From positions 19,804 to 83,803 of the forward strand of contig JAKEHO010000071.1 of NCBI GenBank assembly GCA_022614965.1: a stretch of DNA of 64,000 nucleotides, read 5' to 3'. Positions 15,426 through 23,660 of this stretch are shown here, in pieces. The position numbers and the translations under genes are program-made. The DNA is from Gammaproteobacteria bacterium (lineage in GTDB: Bacteria > Pseudomonadota > Gammaproteobacteria > JAKEHO01). Below the pieces are notes generated by a model that did no database searches, had not been told where the DNA came from, and saw nothing but the letters and a program-made list of their open reading frames with translations. Positions within the stretch are counted from its first letter, which is position 1, and each line of letters opens with the position of its first letter.

Positions 15426-17216
15426 CTAGCTCCGTCGTAGCTCGGCGAGCATCCCCGCCAGCTCCGTGTCGGTGAACAGTGGCAGCGAGCAGCGTTTCTC
15501 GGTGCAAACGAATACGGCGGCACGTTGCAGGCGCGGGTACTGTACGTCCGGGTTGGGCAATGGCCCCTCGGCATCATCCCACCACTCGACTCGCTTGTAC
15601 CATCCGGGGGTCTGCAGCGCGGCGGCAAAGAGGCGCGCCGCGGCAGGGTCCGTCTTGGAGCCACGTACCGTCAGGTGCAGAGGGTCCTCCCTTAACTCGT
15701 CATCGAGCAGCAAGATCCCGGATCGGGTGAAGCGCCACCGGGTGACCTCCTCGCTCATCACGTAGCGTGCGCTGTGTATGGCGAGTTCGCGATATGCACG
15801 TTCGCCGGTGTAGTGATATAGGAGATTGGCGAAGCGGGCGAAGGCCAGATTCTCCTGAATGTCCGGCGTCGCTGGAACCGGCGAGGCATCGGAAACGGCA
15901 GTTAACATGCCTGCGTCCGGAGCCTGGAAGTTCTCAGCCATGAAGTCAGCGGCCTCCTGGCTCCTGGCTAGCCAGTCACGCTCGCCCGTGACCCGGTACA
16001 GGTGCAGATAGGCGCGTCCCATCGCCAAGGTGTCGCCGAGGTAGGGCCCGGCTGCATCGGCCATGTCATGGCGAAAGCCGCCACCCGGCAGGGCGCGCTC
16101 GCTTTGCACCCAGGCAGCGGCGCGGCGTGCGCGCTCGAGGTAACCTGCATCTTGTGTTACCTCGTATAGCGTTGCGAGGGCCTCGATCGTCCATCCGTTC
16201 TCGCGCGCATAGCGGTTGCGGTCGACTCGAGGGAGCCCCTGGGCGCGCCGGGCCGCATCGTCGAGCGCGAAATACGCCTCGCTGTGTTCCCCGGGCACGA
16301 GGTCGGCGTCCTGGCTGGTGAAGTAGGCTCCCTCCGGGCTCGTAAGGAAGGTGTCGAGGTAGCGGATCGTTTCCTCTACTGCGTCGAGATAGCGCCGCTC
16401 ATGCCACAGGCCGTATGCCAGCGCGTAGCTACGCAGATAGCCTGTCTGCACCGCCATAACCTTCTCGTAGTGGGGATGGGCCCAGTCGCCGTGCGTGGAG
16501 TACTGGTAAAATCCGCCCCAAACCGGATCGCGTAATGCGAGCGCCGCATCAAGCGTCTGGCGAGCGCGCCGAGCCTCCTCCGCGTCGCCGCGGGATGCCC
16601 GCCACATGGCATACTCTACGCTGTTGCGATTCAGAAACTTCAACAGCGTGGGCAATCCACCGCGCTCGGCGTCGTAATGCAAGCGATGATGTTCCTCAAG
16701 CTCGGCGCGCAAGTGGGGCGAGAGCACGCCGGGTGGCGCGGCCAGATCACTCTCTGCCTGGCGGGTCACCCGCTCTGGTGAGGGGTTGGCGACGATTGTC
16801 TTGAGCAGGCGCGCCATCGGCTCCGGTGGTATGTATCCAGCGCGCTTCACGATCTCGGTCCCGTCGGGTGCGAACACAACCGTGGCTGGCCAACCGTACT
16901 CTTGATAGCGATTGGCGAGGTCGGGGCGGGCGTCTTGATCGACCTTCACTGCAATATAGTGGCGCAAAACAAGCGCCGCTACCTGTGGATCAGCATAGGT
17001 CTCGTGGTCCATCACGTGGCACCAGTGGCACCATACCGCCTCGAGGTCGAGCAGCACGAAGCGATGCTCGCGCGACGCCTGCGCGAATACTGCCTCTGAC
17101 CAGGAGTGCCAAGCGATCGCCCCCGTGGGCGAATCAGCATCCAATGCATTCCCCGTACCGGGGGCTGCCATAAGGGCGAGCACAAGGGTGGGTAGTTGTA
17201 TTACCGAACTTCGCAT
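15426..17216 (-). CDS. thioredoxin-domain protein (DUF255/YyaL-like, alpha-toroid C-terminal domain)
   Basis: Trimmed to ATG 17216 (MRSSVIQLPTLVLALMAAPG signal). LLDLEAVWCHWCHVMD is a thioredoxin-like CxxC. Lies in a GC-rich block. Confidence 0.85.
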   Translation of the reverse strand: MRSSVIQLPTLVLALMAAPGTGNALDADSPTGAIAWHSWSEAVFAQASREHRFVLLDLEAVWCHWCHVMDHETYADPQVAALVLRHYIAVKVDQDARPDLANRYQEYGWPATVVFAPDGTEIVKRAGYIPPEPMARLLKTIVANPSPERVTRQAESDLAAPPGVLSPHLRAELEEHHRLHYDAERGGLPTLLKFLNRNSVEYAMWRASRGDAEEARRARQTLDAALALRDPVWGGFYQYSTHGDWAHPHYEKVMAVQTGYLRSYALAYGLWHERRYLDAVEETIRYLDTFLTSPEGAYFTSQDADLVPGEHSEAYFALDDAARRAQGLPRVDRNRYARENGWTIEALATLYEVTQDAGYLERARRAAAWVQSERALPGGGFRHDMADAAGPYLGDTLAMGRAYLHLYRVTGERDWLARSQEAADFMAENFQAPDAGMLTAVSDASPVPATPDIQENLAFARFANLLYHYTGERAYRELAIHSARYVMSEEVTRWRFTRSGILLLDDELREDPLHLTVRGSKTDPAAARLFAAALQTPGWYKRVEWWDDAEGPLPNPDVQYPRLQRAAVFVCTEKRCSLPLFTDTELAGMLAELRRS

Positions 17217-17515
17217 CGTCGCATGACAGGGTACAGGTGCCTTCGTCACGCTGGCACTGATGAGCGTCACCTTCGTGACCCCTCGCCAGCACGCCAGAGT
17301 ATACACCTTGATTAACAGAACACCCGCATAAACAGTCTTAACATTTTTTATAAAGATATTTCGTTTTATCAATGAGATAAGGCTCATTATGTATGTATTT
17401 TCTTAGTGCAGAGTTTAACAAAGTTTACGGACAAGCCTGTTAAAGCCTGGCGAGTGGTGCTAAATTTGTGCGCGAGTGGGATTGTGTTTTTTAACCTGAC
17501 TTGGAGGGTGCCTCA

Positions 17516-17893
17516 ATGGCAAACAAAAAAATTCTTACACCGATGGTAGCGGCGATTGGTACGACGTTTGTTATTTCGTTGGCAGCCAGCCCGCTTGTAA
17601 ATGCTGCTGAAAACCCGTTTTCAATGAATAATCTTTCGAGGGGTTTTATGGTAGCTGCAGCCGAAGATGAAGGCCGCAGGTGTGGTACCTTTTGTGGCGG
17701 TGTTACTGAAAGTGGGAACCCACGGGGCGGTGAAGCAAAGTGCGCTAACATGTGTGCTGAGGTAAAAAAGTGCGGTACCTTTTGTGCTGGTTTTAATGAA
17801 ACTGGGGAACCGCGGGTAACAGCAGAGGGCTTGGGCGGTGAAGTAGCCAAGTGCGGTAACATTTGTGCTGCTGATCCGAGACTCAAGGAGTAA
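17516..17893 (+). CDS. bufferin/HvfA-type RiPP precursor (Sec signal, 8 Cys)
   Basis: ATG 17516 follows the RBS ggaggg. Signal peptide ..SPLVNAAE, then the NPFSMNNLSRGFMVAAAE motif. Four C-x3-C motifs (CGTFC, CANMC, CGTFC, CGNIC). Immediately upstream of the DUF692 and DUF2063 genes. Confidence 0.75.
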   Translation: MANKKILTPMVAAIGTTFVISLAASPLVNAAENPFSMNNLSRGFMVAAAEDEGRRCGTFCGGVTESGNPRGGEAKCANMCAEVKKCGTFCAGFNETGEPRVTAEGLGGEVAKCGNICAADPRLKE

Positions 17894-17958
17894 GCGCCTC
17901 TTAAGTCACCAAAAATAACTAAGTGAAGCGAAGGAACGTTCCATCCTTTAACCGCTGA

Positions 17959-18831
17959 ATGTCACAAGTGGAAGAAGGCGATTATCCTGTGCAAGGTGCA
18001 GGGTTGGGTCTGCGGCGAGTCCATTTCGACTCGCTCGCAGATCAATTTCCTGCCCAAATTGATTTTATGGAAGTCGCCCCGGAAAACTGGATCGACGTGG
18101 GCGGTCTTGTGGGTCACCAATTCCAGGCAATCGCTGAACAAATCCCTATCGTTGGCCACGGGCTTTCACTCAATCTTGGCGGTCCGGCACCGCTAGATGA
18201 GGCCTTTTTATGTCGTATCAAAAAGTTTCTCGATAGGTATAACATCCGTTGCTACAGCGAGCATTTAAGCTACTGTGCTGATGATGCACATCTGTATGAT
18301 CTGATGCCGATACCGTTCACAGAGGACGCCGTACATCACGTTGCCCGGAGAATTAAACAGACCCAGGAAATAATTGGTCGGCGCATGGCAATTGAAAATG
18401 TTTCCTATTATGCCGCGCCGGGCAAAGAGATGGAGGAAATTGATTTTATTAATGCGGTGCTAGATGAAGCGGATTGCTATCTCCATCTTGATGTCAACAA
18501 TATCTATGTCAATAGTATTAATCATCGTTATGATCCGGAAGCCTTTCTCAAGGCATTACCTGGTGAGCGAATCGCTTATGCACATATCGCAGGGCACTAC
18601 TTTCAGGCCGAGGATCTGCGGATTGATACGCATGGTGCAGGTGTAATTGATCCCGTCTGGCATTTGTTAGATGTTGCCTATGAGTGCTTTGGCGTTTTCC
18701 CGACGCTACTTGAGCGTGATTTAGATATCCCTCCACTGGAAGACCTCTTGAAAGAGGTGGATATCATTCATAATTATCAACGGAAATATCGATTGCTAGA
18801 TGATGGAAGCATCTCAAGACAACAAGCCTAA
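17959..18831 (+). CDS. DUF692 family MNIO-type RiPP maturase (BufB/HvfB/MbnB-like)
   Basis: 290 aa. GAGLGLRRVHF...FMEVAPENW...HGLSLNLGG...SEHLSY...LMPIPFT...IENVSYY is the typical DUF692 pattern. Confidence 0.9.
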   Translation: MSQVEEGDYPVQGAGLGLRRVHFDSLADQFPAQIDFMEVAPENWIDVGGLVGHQFQAIAEQIPIVGHGLSLNLGGPAPLDEAFLCRIKKFLDRYNIRCYSEHLSYCADDAHLYDLMPIPFTEDAVHHVARRIKQTQEIIGRRMAIENVSYYAAPGKEMEEIDFINAVLDEADCYLHLDVNNIYVNSINHRYDPEAFLKALPGERIAYAHIAGHYFQAEDLRIDTHGAGVIDPVWHLLDVAYECFGVFPTLLERDLDIPPLEDLLKEVDIIHNYQRKYRLLDDGSISRQQA

Positions 18832-19585
18832 GAGCTTTATTGATATCCAGTACGCATTCACACGTTATATGCGTGATCCTGAGAATCAACCAGCGCCTGC
18901 TGGTGTTGATGGTCGGGGTGTGGAGATCTATCGTGATCTAATATATAGAAATACTGAACATATGATCGGTAACTTATTTCCGGTGTTACGAAAGATTACA
19001 TCGGACGATCGCTGGAAGTCGATGATTCGGGGGTTTTTTAGGCAGCACCAATCACACAATCCATTGTTTACTAAGCTTCCACAGGAGTTTTTGCGATACC
19101 TTGAGCAAGAGCATGATGCCATTGACGATCCAGCGTTTCTTCTCGAGCTAGCTCATTATGAGTGGATAGACTATGCGCTTTCCATTGATGTTAGAGAGAT
19201 AGAGTACGAAGGAATTGATCCAGAAGGCGACATGTTAGGAGGCATCCCGGTGCTGAGTCCACTCGCGTGGCCTCTGAGTTATCAATATCCTGTGCACACC
19301 ATTAGTCCTAAAAACATGCCTTTAGAAGCTCCTACACAACCCACCTATATAATCGTATATCGTGATCGCAATTATAAGGTGGGATTTATTGAGCTTAATG
19401 CGGTTTCTGCCCGTTTAGTAGAACTGATCAAGGACGATAATAATGTCACCGGCGGTAGACTTCTCGAAACCATCGCTGCTGAATTGAAACATCCCGATCC
19501 CGAGGTCGTTTTTAAAGGAGGTCTGGAGATTATGGAGACCATGAGGGAGAAAGATGTTTTGCTCGGCGTAAAGAAAACGCAATGA
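18800..19585 (+). CDS. DUF2063 family RiPP maturation partner (BufC/HvfC-like)
   Basis: 261 aa overlapping the DUF692 3' end. FTRYMRDPENQP...VEIYRDLIYRNTEHMIGNLFPVLRKI is a typical DUF2063 N-terminal domain. Confidence 0.85.
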   Translation: MMEASQDNKPKSFIDIQYAFTRYMRDPENQPAPAGVDGRGVEIYRDLIYRNTEHMIGNLFPVLRKITSDDRWKSMIRGFFRQHQSHNPLFTKLPQEFLRYLEQEHDAIDDPAFLLELAHYEWIDYALSIDVREIEYEGIDPEGDMLGGIPVLSPLAWPLSYQYPVHTISPKNMPLEAPTQPTYIIVYRDRNYKVGFIELNAVSARLVELIKDDNNVTGGRLLETIAAELKHPDPEVVFKGGLEIMETMREKDVLLGVKKTQ

Positions 19586-19630
19586 TAAAAAATAAAGGGG
19601 CAGGATTCTTTTTTTGTTGATATCTGCGAC

Positions 19631-20215
19631 CTATGCAGCTGTTAGCGTTTCAGTTTCAAAGGCATTTTGCATTAAAATCTTCACCATGTCCTTAGCTTCC
19701 TCAGCAGCCTTAACCCGGGTGCTGACGCAGGCAATTATCAGCGCGCCTTCCATCAACGTACGGATCTGCCGAGCTAACTCAGCCGGATTTTTAGCGCCTG
19801 CTAATTCTGCGAGGCCTCGCACGTATTCGTAGACTAGTCGATTGTGTTCAGCCGCTGCGGCGTGAATCGGATGGCCTGGCTTCGAGAATTCTGCAGAAGC
19901 CTTGACGAAGAGACATCCGGAGAAGTTTTTTTGCCTAAACCACTCACCTAGTACGTCAAATATGGCCAGAAGTCGGTCATATGGGGTGTCTGCTTGGTGC
20001 TCAACGCTTCGCATGAACCAGTTCCGCCACTGCTCATCCATGCGGTGAAGGGCAGCAAGGATAAGTTCATCTTTTGATCTGAAGTGGTTGTACAGGGTCA
20101 TCCTTGAGACCCCGGAGTTCGACAGGATCTTGTCGATTCCCGTGGCGTGGAACCCGTCGCGGTAAAATAACTCGACAGCGGTATCAATAAGCTGCTCGCG
20201 TTTCGATGAAGCCAT
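19631..20215 (-). CDS. TetR/AcrR family transcriptional regulator
   Basis: 194 aa. N-terminal HTH KREQLIDTAVELFYRDGFHATGIDKILSNSGVSRMTLYNHFRSKDELI. Confidence 0.9.
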   Translation of the reverse strand: MASSKREQLIDTAVELFYRDGFHATGIDKILSNSGVSRMTLYNHFRSKDELILAALHRMDEQWRNWFMRSVEHQADTPYDRLLAIFDVLGEWFRQKNFSGCLFVKASAEFSKPGHPIHAAAAEHNRLVYEYVRGLAELAGAKNPAELARQIRTLMEGALIIACVSTRVKAAEEAKDMVKILMQNAFETETLTAA

Positions 20216-20533
20216 CTTTGTCCAGTTTCACAATCTATACTGACTAATCGGTATTGACATTTTAGCATATGTTCCATATGAATGGCGAAGCTTTCGCAGC
20301 TTGTCGGCACCGGATTGGCGCGATTAGATCGCGAAAGCCTCTCTTTAAGTAGCTGTCTTATATATAGTTGTTCTTTTTGTACATCGGCTTATGCGAATTT
20401 ATTATAAAAAACATTGAACCAAGCCGTGGTTAGATTGACCAATCAGTATATCGTGCGGGTCACGATACGGGGACTCAGTAATGAGAACCAGTTATTGACC
20501 GTATTTCATTTTACTCTGATTGGGAGAACTATC

Positions 20534-20785
20534 ATGACTAAGAAAATTGCTGTTGTCGCAGCCATTGTTGCTGGACTTTTGAGTGGATCAGCCACGGCAA
20601 TGCCATTCCATCTTGGAAATTCGGATCGTGAAGACCTTAAGCGCAGCGAAGTTATTCAGGCGCCAGCGCACACCGATGTCAAGGCTTATTACCTTGAACA
20701 CGTGACCGTACGTAACGATCAGAACATTGCGTCCGAGCGTCAAATGGTCGATTTAGCCCCCTGGTACCTTTCCACACAGGGTTAA
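20534..20785 (+). CDS. small secreted protein, unknown function
   Basis: Trimmed to ATG 20534 (MTKKIAVVAAIVAGLLSGSATA signal). 83 aa. Divergent from the TetR gene. Confidence 0.55.
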   Translation: MTKKIAVVAAIVAGLLSGSATAMPFHLGNSDREDLKRSEVIQAPAHTDVKAYYLEHVTVRNDQNIASERQMVDLAPWYLSTQG

Positions 20786-20804
20786 TATCGACGGGTAGTG
20801 GCGG

Positions 20805-20840
20805 AAGGCCGGTACTGGTTATTTCTCGTACCGGCCTTTA
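20805..20840 (+). terminator. hairpin terminator candidate
   Basis: AAGGCCGGTAC-12 nt loop-GTACCGGCCTT followed by only a short T stretch (TTTA). Confidence 0.45.
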
Positions 20841-20892
20841 CGCACCTGATAAGCCGTTAGTTAACTGGGTCGAATCTTCAGCTCTAGTTGCG

Positions 20893-21132
20893 GTGATTGC
20901 GATGGTTGTGTCCAACTTCATCGATGAAACAGAGCGTCATGCAGAACTTTATAATGCTTACACGCCCCGCCAACGTCTCATCCTCGAGATTATTGAGAAA
21001 TCTCGCCAGAAATTCACTGACGATGATGTTGTGTATGAAAGGCTTGATGCTATTGGCGCCAGCGAGTCCGAAATTCACTGGCTAAAACGTACCGGCCATT
21101 TTTTTCCCATATTTGAATCTGAAGTAATTTAG
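20893..21132 (+). CDS. hypothetical protein
   Basis: 79-aa ORF (GTG start, or ATG at 20902). Acidic, helical. No family recognised. Confidence 0.4.
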   Translation: MIAMVVSNFIDETERHAELYNAYTPRQRLILEIIEKSRQKFTDDDVVYERLDAIGASESEIHWLKRTGHFFPIFESEVI

Positions 21133-21140
21133 AAAGATAA

Positions 21141-21258
21141 ATGGGATAGGTGCTTCTTTATGGGCAGAGCCCGTCCCATTTCCGATTATCCCGCGTAACG
21201 TGATTGCTTGAAGCGATTGATAGGGCCTTGCTTTGACTGCGGAGGCTTCAATCGCGGC
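21141..21258 (+). repeat. repeat R13 (diverged A + B + C)
   Basis: ATGGGAtaggtgcttctttatGGGCagaGCCCgTCCCATttccgattatcccgcgtaacgtgattgcttgaagcgattgatagggccttgc...ggaggcttcaatcgcggc. Confidence 0.9.
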
Positions 21259-21360
21259 GTTTTATTACGTCGTTGAGGGGATGCGGCAGGTAATGCTAGG
21301 ATGCACGAGGTACGCATAGTTGAACTCAATCGTCGTACCTATAACAATGAGAGGCATAAA

Positions 21361-21711
21361 GTGGTCTATTACGTAATAAAGTTAGTCATTACTGCCGTTT
21401 TGATCGTATTGATTTCGGAAATCTCCAAACGAAGTTCCTTCGTTGGAGCGATATTGGCCTCTGTGCCCTTAGTTTCAGTACTAGCGATGCTGTGGCTCTA
21501 CATTGAAACCAAGGATGCCGAAAAAATATCAGTTTTAGCAACTAGCATCTTTTGGCTTGTAATCCCTTCGCTGGCCCTCTTTATTACATTACCTTTGTTA
21601 TTAAAGCAGAGTGTAAATTTTTATTTAAGTTTGGGTATGTCGATTGCGATTACGGCAGGCTGTTATTTCATAATGGTCGCTGTGTTGAACCGTTATGGGG
21701 TCAAGTTATAA
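21361..21711 (+). CDS. DUF3147 family membrane protein
   Basis: GTG 21361 follows the RBS gagagg. 116 aa, 4 TM. VIKLVITAVLIVLISEISKRSSFVGAILASVPLVSVLAMLW. Confidence 0.7.
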   Translation: MVYYVIKLVITAVLIVLISEISKRSSFVGAILASVPLVSVLAMLWLYIETKDAEKISVLATSIFWLVIPSLALFITLPLLLKQSVNFYLSLGMSIAITAGCYFIMVAVLNRYGVKL

Positions 21712-21790
21712 GCTATATGTAGAACTTCGCTGAATCAGCGATTTGGAAAAAACGGATAGACTTATTTCTAGTTGTTGCGGGAGGTGGGCC

Positions 21791-22438
21791 ATGAGTACAA
21801 ATGAAGCGCGCCCAATGCCGACGATTGAGCTGGCAAAAAACGGTCCCTACCTAGTAAAGAATTTAACGGGGCTGCGTAACTCGAAGGGCGATAAACTGCG
21901 GATCAAAGCGGTGATTGCGCTCTGCCGTTGCGGCGGCTCGGCGAATAAGCCGTTTTGCGACGGGACTCATTCCAAAACTGGGTTTTCCGGCGAAAATCTG
22001 TCCGATGGCAGCATGGATAAGCGCGACAACTATGTGGGCAAAAAAATCACTATCCATGATAATCGGGGCATTTGCGCCCACGCTGGCAAGTGCGCCAATG
22101 GCTTGCCCTCGGTGTGGCGTGTGGGAGTCGAACCCTGGATTGATCCCGGCGGCGCTGACGTCGAAGCAATTATTGAAACCGTTAGGCAGTGTCCATCCGG
22201 CGCGCTGAGCTATTCCATTGGTGGGGATGAGCACCGCGACCAAGATCGAGTTCCAGCGGTATATGTATCAAAAGATGGTCCGTATCACGTTACAGGTGGA
22301 GTCGAACTGAAAGATGTGCCTCGAGGTGACGGCGCTTCTGAAGAACACTACACACTGTGCCGATGTGGTGGCTCTAATAACAAACCGTTTTGTGATGGCA
22401 CGCATGGGTACATCAAGTTTCAGGACGACAAGAACTAA
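21791..22438 (+). CDS. CDGSH iron-sulfur domain protein
   Basis: ATG 21791 follows the RBS gggagg. Two CDGSH motifs (CRCGGSANKPFCDGTH, CRCGGSNNKPFCDGTH) flank a Cys-rich central segment. Confidence 0.9.
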   Translation: MSTNEARPMPTIELAKNGPYLVKNLTGLRNSKGDKLRIKAVIALCRCGGSANKPFCDGTHSKTGFSGENLSDGSMDKRDNYVGKKITIHDNRGICAHAGKCANGLPSVWRVGVEPWIDPGGADVEAIIETVRQCPSGALSYSIGGDEHRDQDRVPAVYVSKDGPYHVTGGVELKDVPRGDGASEEHYTLCRCGGSNNKPFCDGTHGYIKFQDDKN

Positions 22439-22450
22439 CAAGGAATAAGT

Positions 22451-22566
22451 ACGGATTGATTTCGGGTTACGGGCAGTGTCTGTCGTGTCTCTAACTGCCC
22501 CCCTTGATGTGACGGGTTGACGCGATTGATGGGTCTAGTCTCAGGCAGGCAAGGATCAAATCACGG
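22451..22566 (+). repeat. repeat R14 (diverged A+B+C)
   Basis: acggattgatttcgggttacGGGCAGtgtctgtcgtgtctctaaCTGCCCcccttgatgtgacgggttgacgcgattgatgggtc...aaggatcaaatcacgg. Confidence 0.8.
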
Positions 22567-22580
22567 TGTGTTAATGCTCG

Positions 22581-23201
22581 TCACTTGATAAGCATCACAT
22601 CAGGCGACGTATTTGTAGGCTTCGGTGAAATTGGAACCCTTGTTGAACGTATCGCTTCTGCGGTCCACGTATTACACGTATTGAATGCATGGTATTTACC
22701 CTTGGCGAGATAAAAACGACTGTCTGTATATAGCCCGTCACCGATAAATGCAGACTTACCATGCTGGTCCCTTTCGAAACTGTCATCGATATATCGGACC
22801 AAACTGTCGAACTGGGCTTGCGACAACCGAAGCGTCGCGATCTCGCTGCTCCGGTAGTACTGCTGCGGAGGTGATGGGATCCCATGGACATGTAGAACAC
22901 TTAGTGAAGGGGTCAACAGAGCCTGTAATGCTAATGCCAGGGTGGGTTTTTTTGCTTGATAAAATACCTTGTCACCCCAACCAAATTCCAAGTAGCGTGC
23001 TTTTGGGAAATCATCCTTTTCGGGCAACAAAGTGTATGGCACGTCGCTCTTTTTTATGATGATTCCGCTATGCAGGCCATAATCGATGACATAGACGTAT
23101 TTTGAAGGCTCCGCTTCGGGCGATGGGGAGGGACGGTCAGTGGTGACGGAACAAGCAGCGCATGGAAGCAGTATAATGAATATGAGAAATAAAGGTCGCA
23201 T
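22581..23201 (-). CDS. TIGR02117-family lipoprotein (conserved hypothetical)
   Basis: Trimmed to ATG 23201 (RBS gaggtggg). Lipobox-like ACS. YLEFGWGDKVFY...VLHV...GDGLYTDSRFYLAKGKYHAFNTCNTWTAEAI. Confidence 0.75.
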   Translation of the reverse strand: MRPLFLIFIILLPCAACSVTTDRPSPSPEAEPSKYVYVIDYGLHSGIIIKKSDVPYTLLPEKDDFPKARYLEFGWGDKVFYQAKKPTLALALQALLTPSLSVLHVHGIPSPPQQYYRSSEIATLRLSQAQFDSLVRYIDDSFERDQHGKSAFIGDGLYTDSRFYLAKGKYHAFNTCNTWTAEAIRSTRVPISPKPTNTSPDVMLIK

Positions 23202-23303
23202 AATGCCCACCTCAACTGCAGAAAAAAGTGGACAGATTAGTTTGCGATTACGGGCTGCTTCTGGACAAAAATACATGAAACCACTCTATGGAGGAGAAAA
23301 ACC

Positions 23304-23597
23304 ATGGCTACATTTATCAGCCTTCTTAATTTTACCGATCAGGGGATCCGCAACGTCAAGCAATCGCCAGACCGCGCTAAGAAGTTTAAGGAAATGGCGC
23401 AAAAGGCCGGCGTTATGCTGAAGAACATTTACTGGACAGTGGGTTCTTATGACCTCGTGGCTATTGTAGAAGGACCAGATGATGAGACGACGTCGTCCCT
23501 ACTTTTGAGTCTTGGAGCCCTTGGCAACGTCCGTACTCAGACCTTACGCGCTTTTTCTGCTGAAGAGATGAGTCGAATCATCGCCAAGATGCCATAG
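23304..23597 (+). CDS. GYD domain protein
   Basis: 97 aa. MATFISLLNFTDQGIRNVKQSPDRAKKFKEMAQKAG...WTVGSYDLVAIVEGPDDE is the typical GYD-family sequence. Confidence 0.9.
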   Translation: MATFISLLNFTDQGIRNVKQSPDRAKKFKEMAQKAGVMLKNIYWTVGSYDLVAIVEGPDDETTSSLLLSLGALGNVRTQTLRAFSAEEMSRIIAKMP

Positions 23598-23604
23598 AGA
23601 AAAT

Positions 23605-23625
23605 GGGACAGATTTATTTCGCTTA
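23605..23625 (+). repeat. repeat R15 (5' fragment of module A only)
   Basis: gggacagatttatttcgctta. Same truncation style as R21, and likewise placed at the 3' side of a DUF899 gene. Confidence 0.7.
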
Positions 23626-23660
23626 AACTCTTTGCGACACCTTCTTCGATCTTCGGCGAT

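Noticed and set aside
17491-17886. The 131-aa minus-strand ORF antisense to the RiPP precursor.
   Set aside because: It is a mirror image of the repetitive Cys/Gly-rich precursor sequence. The plus-strand frame has an RBS, a signal peptide and operon context.
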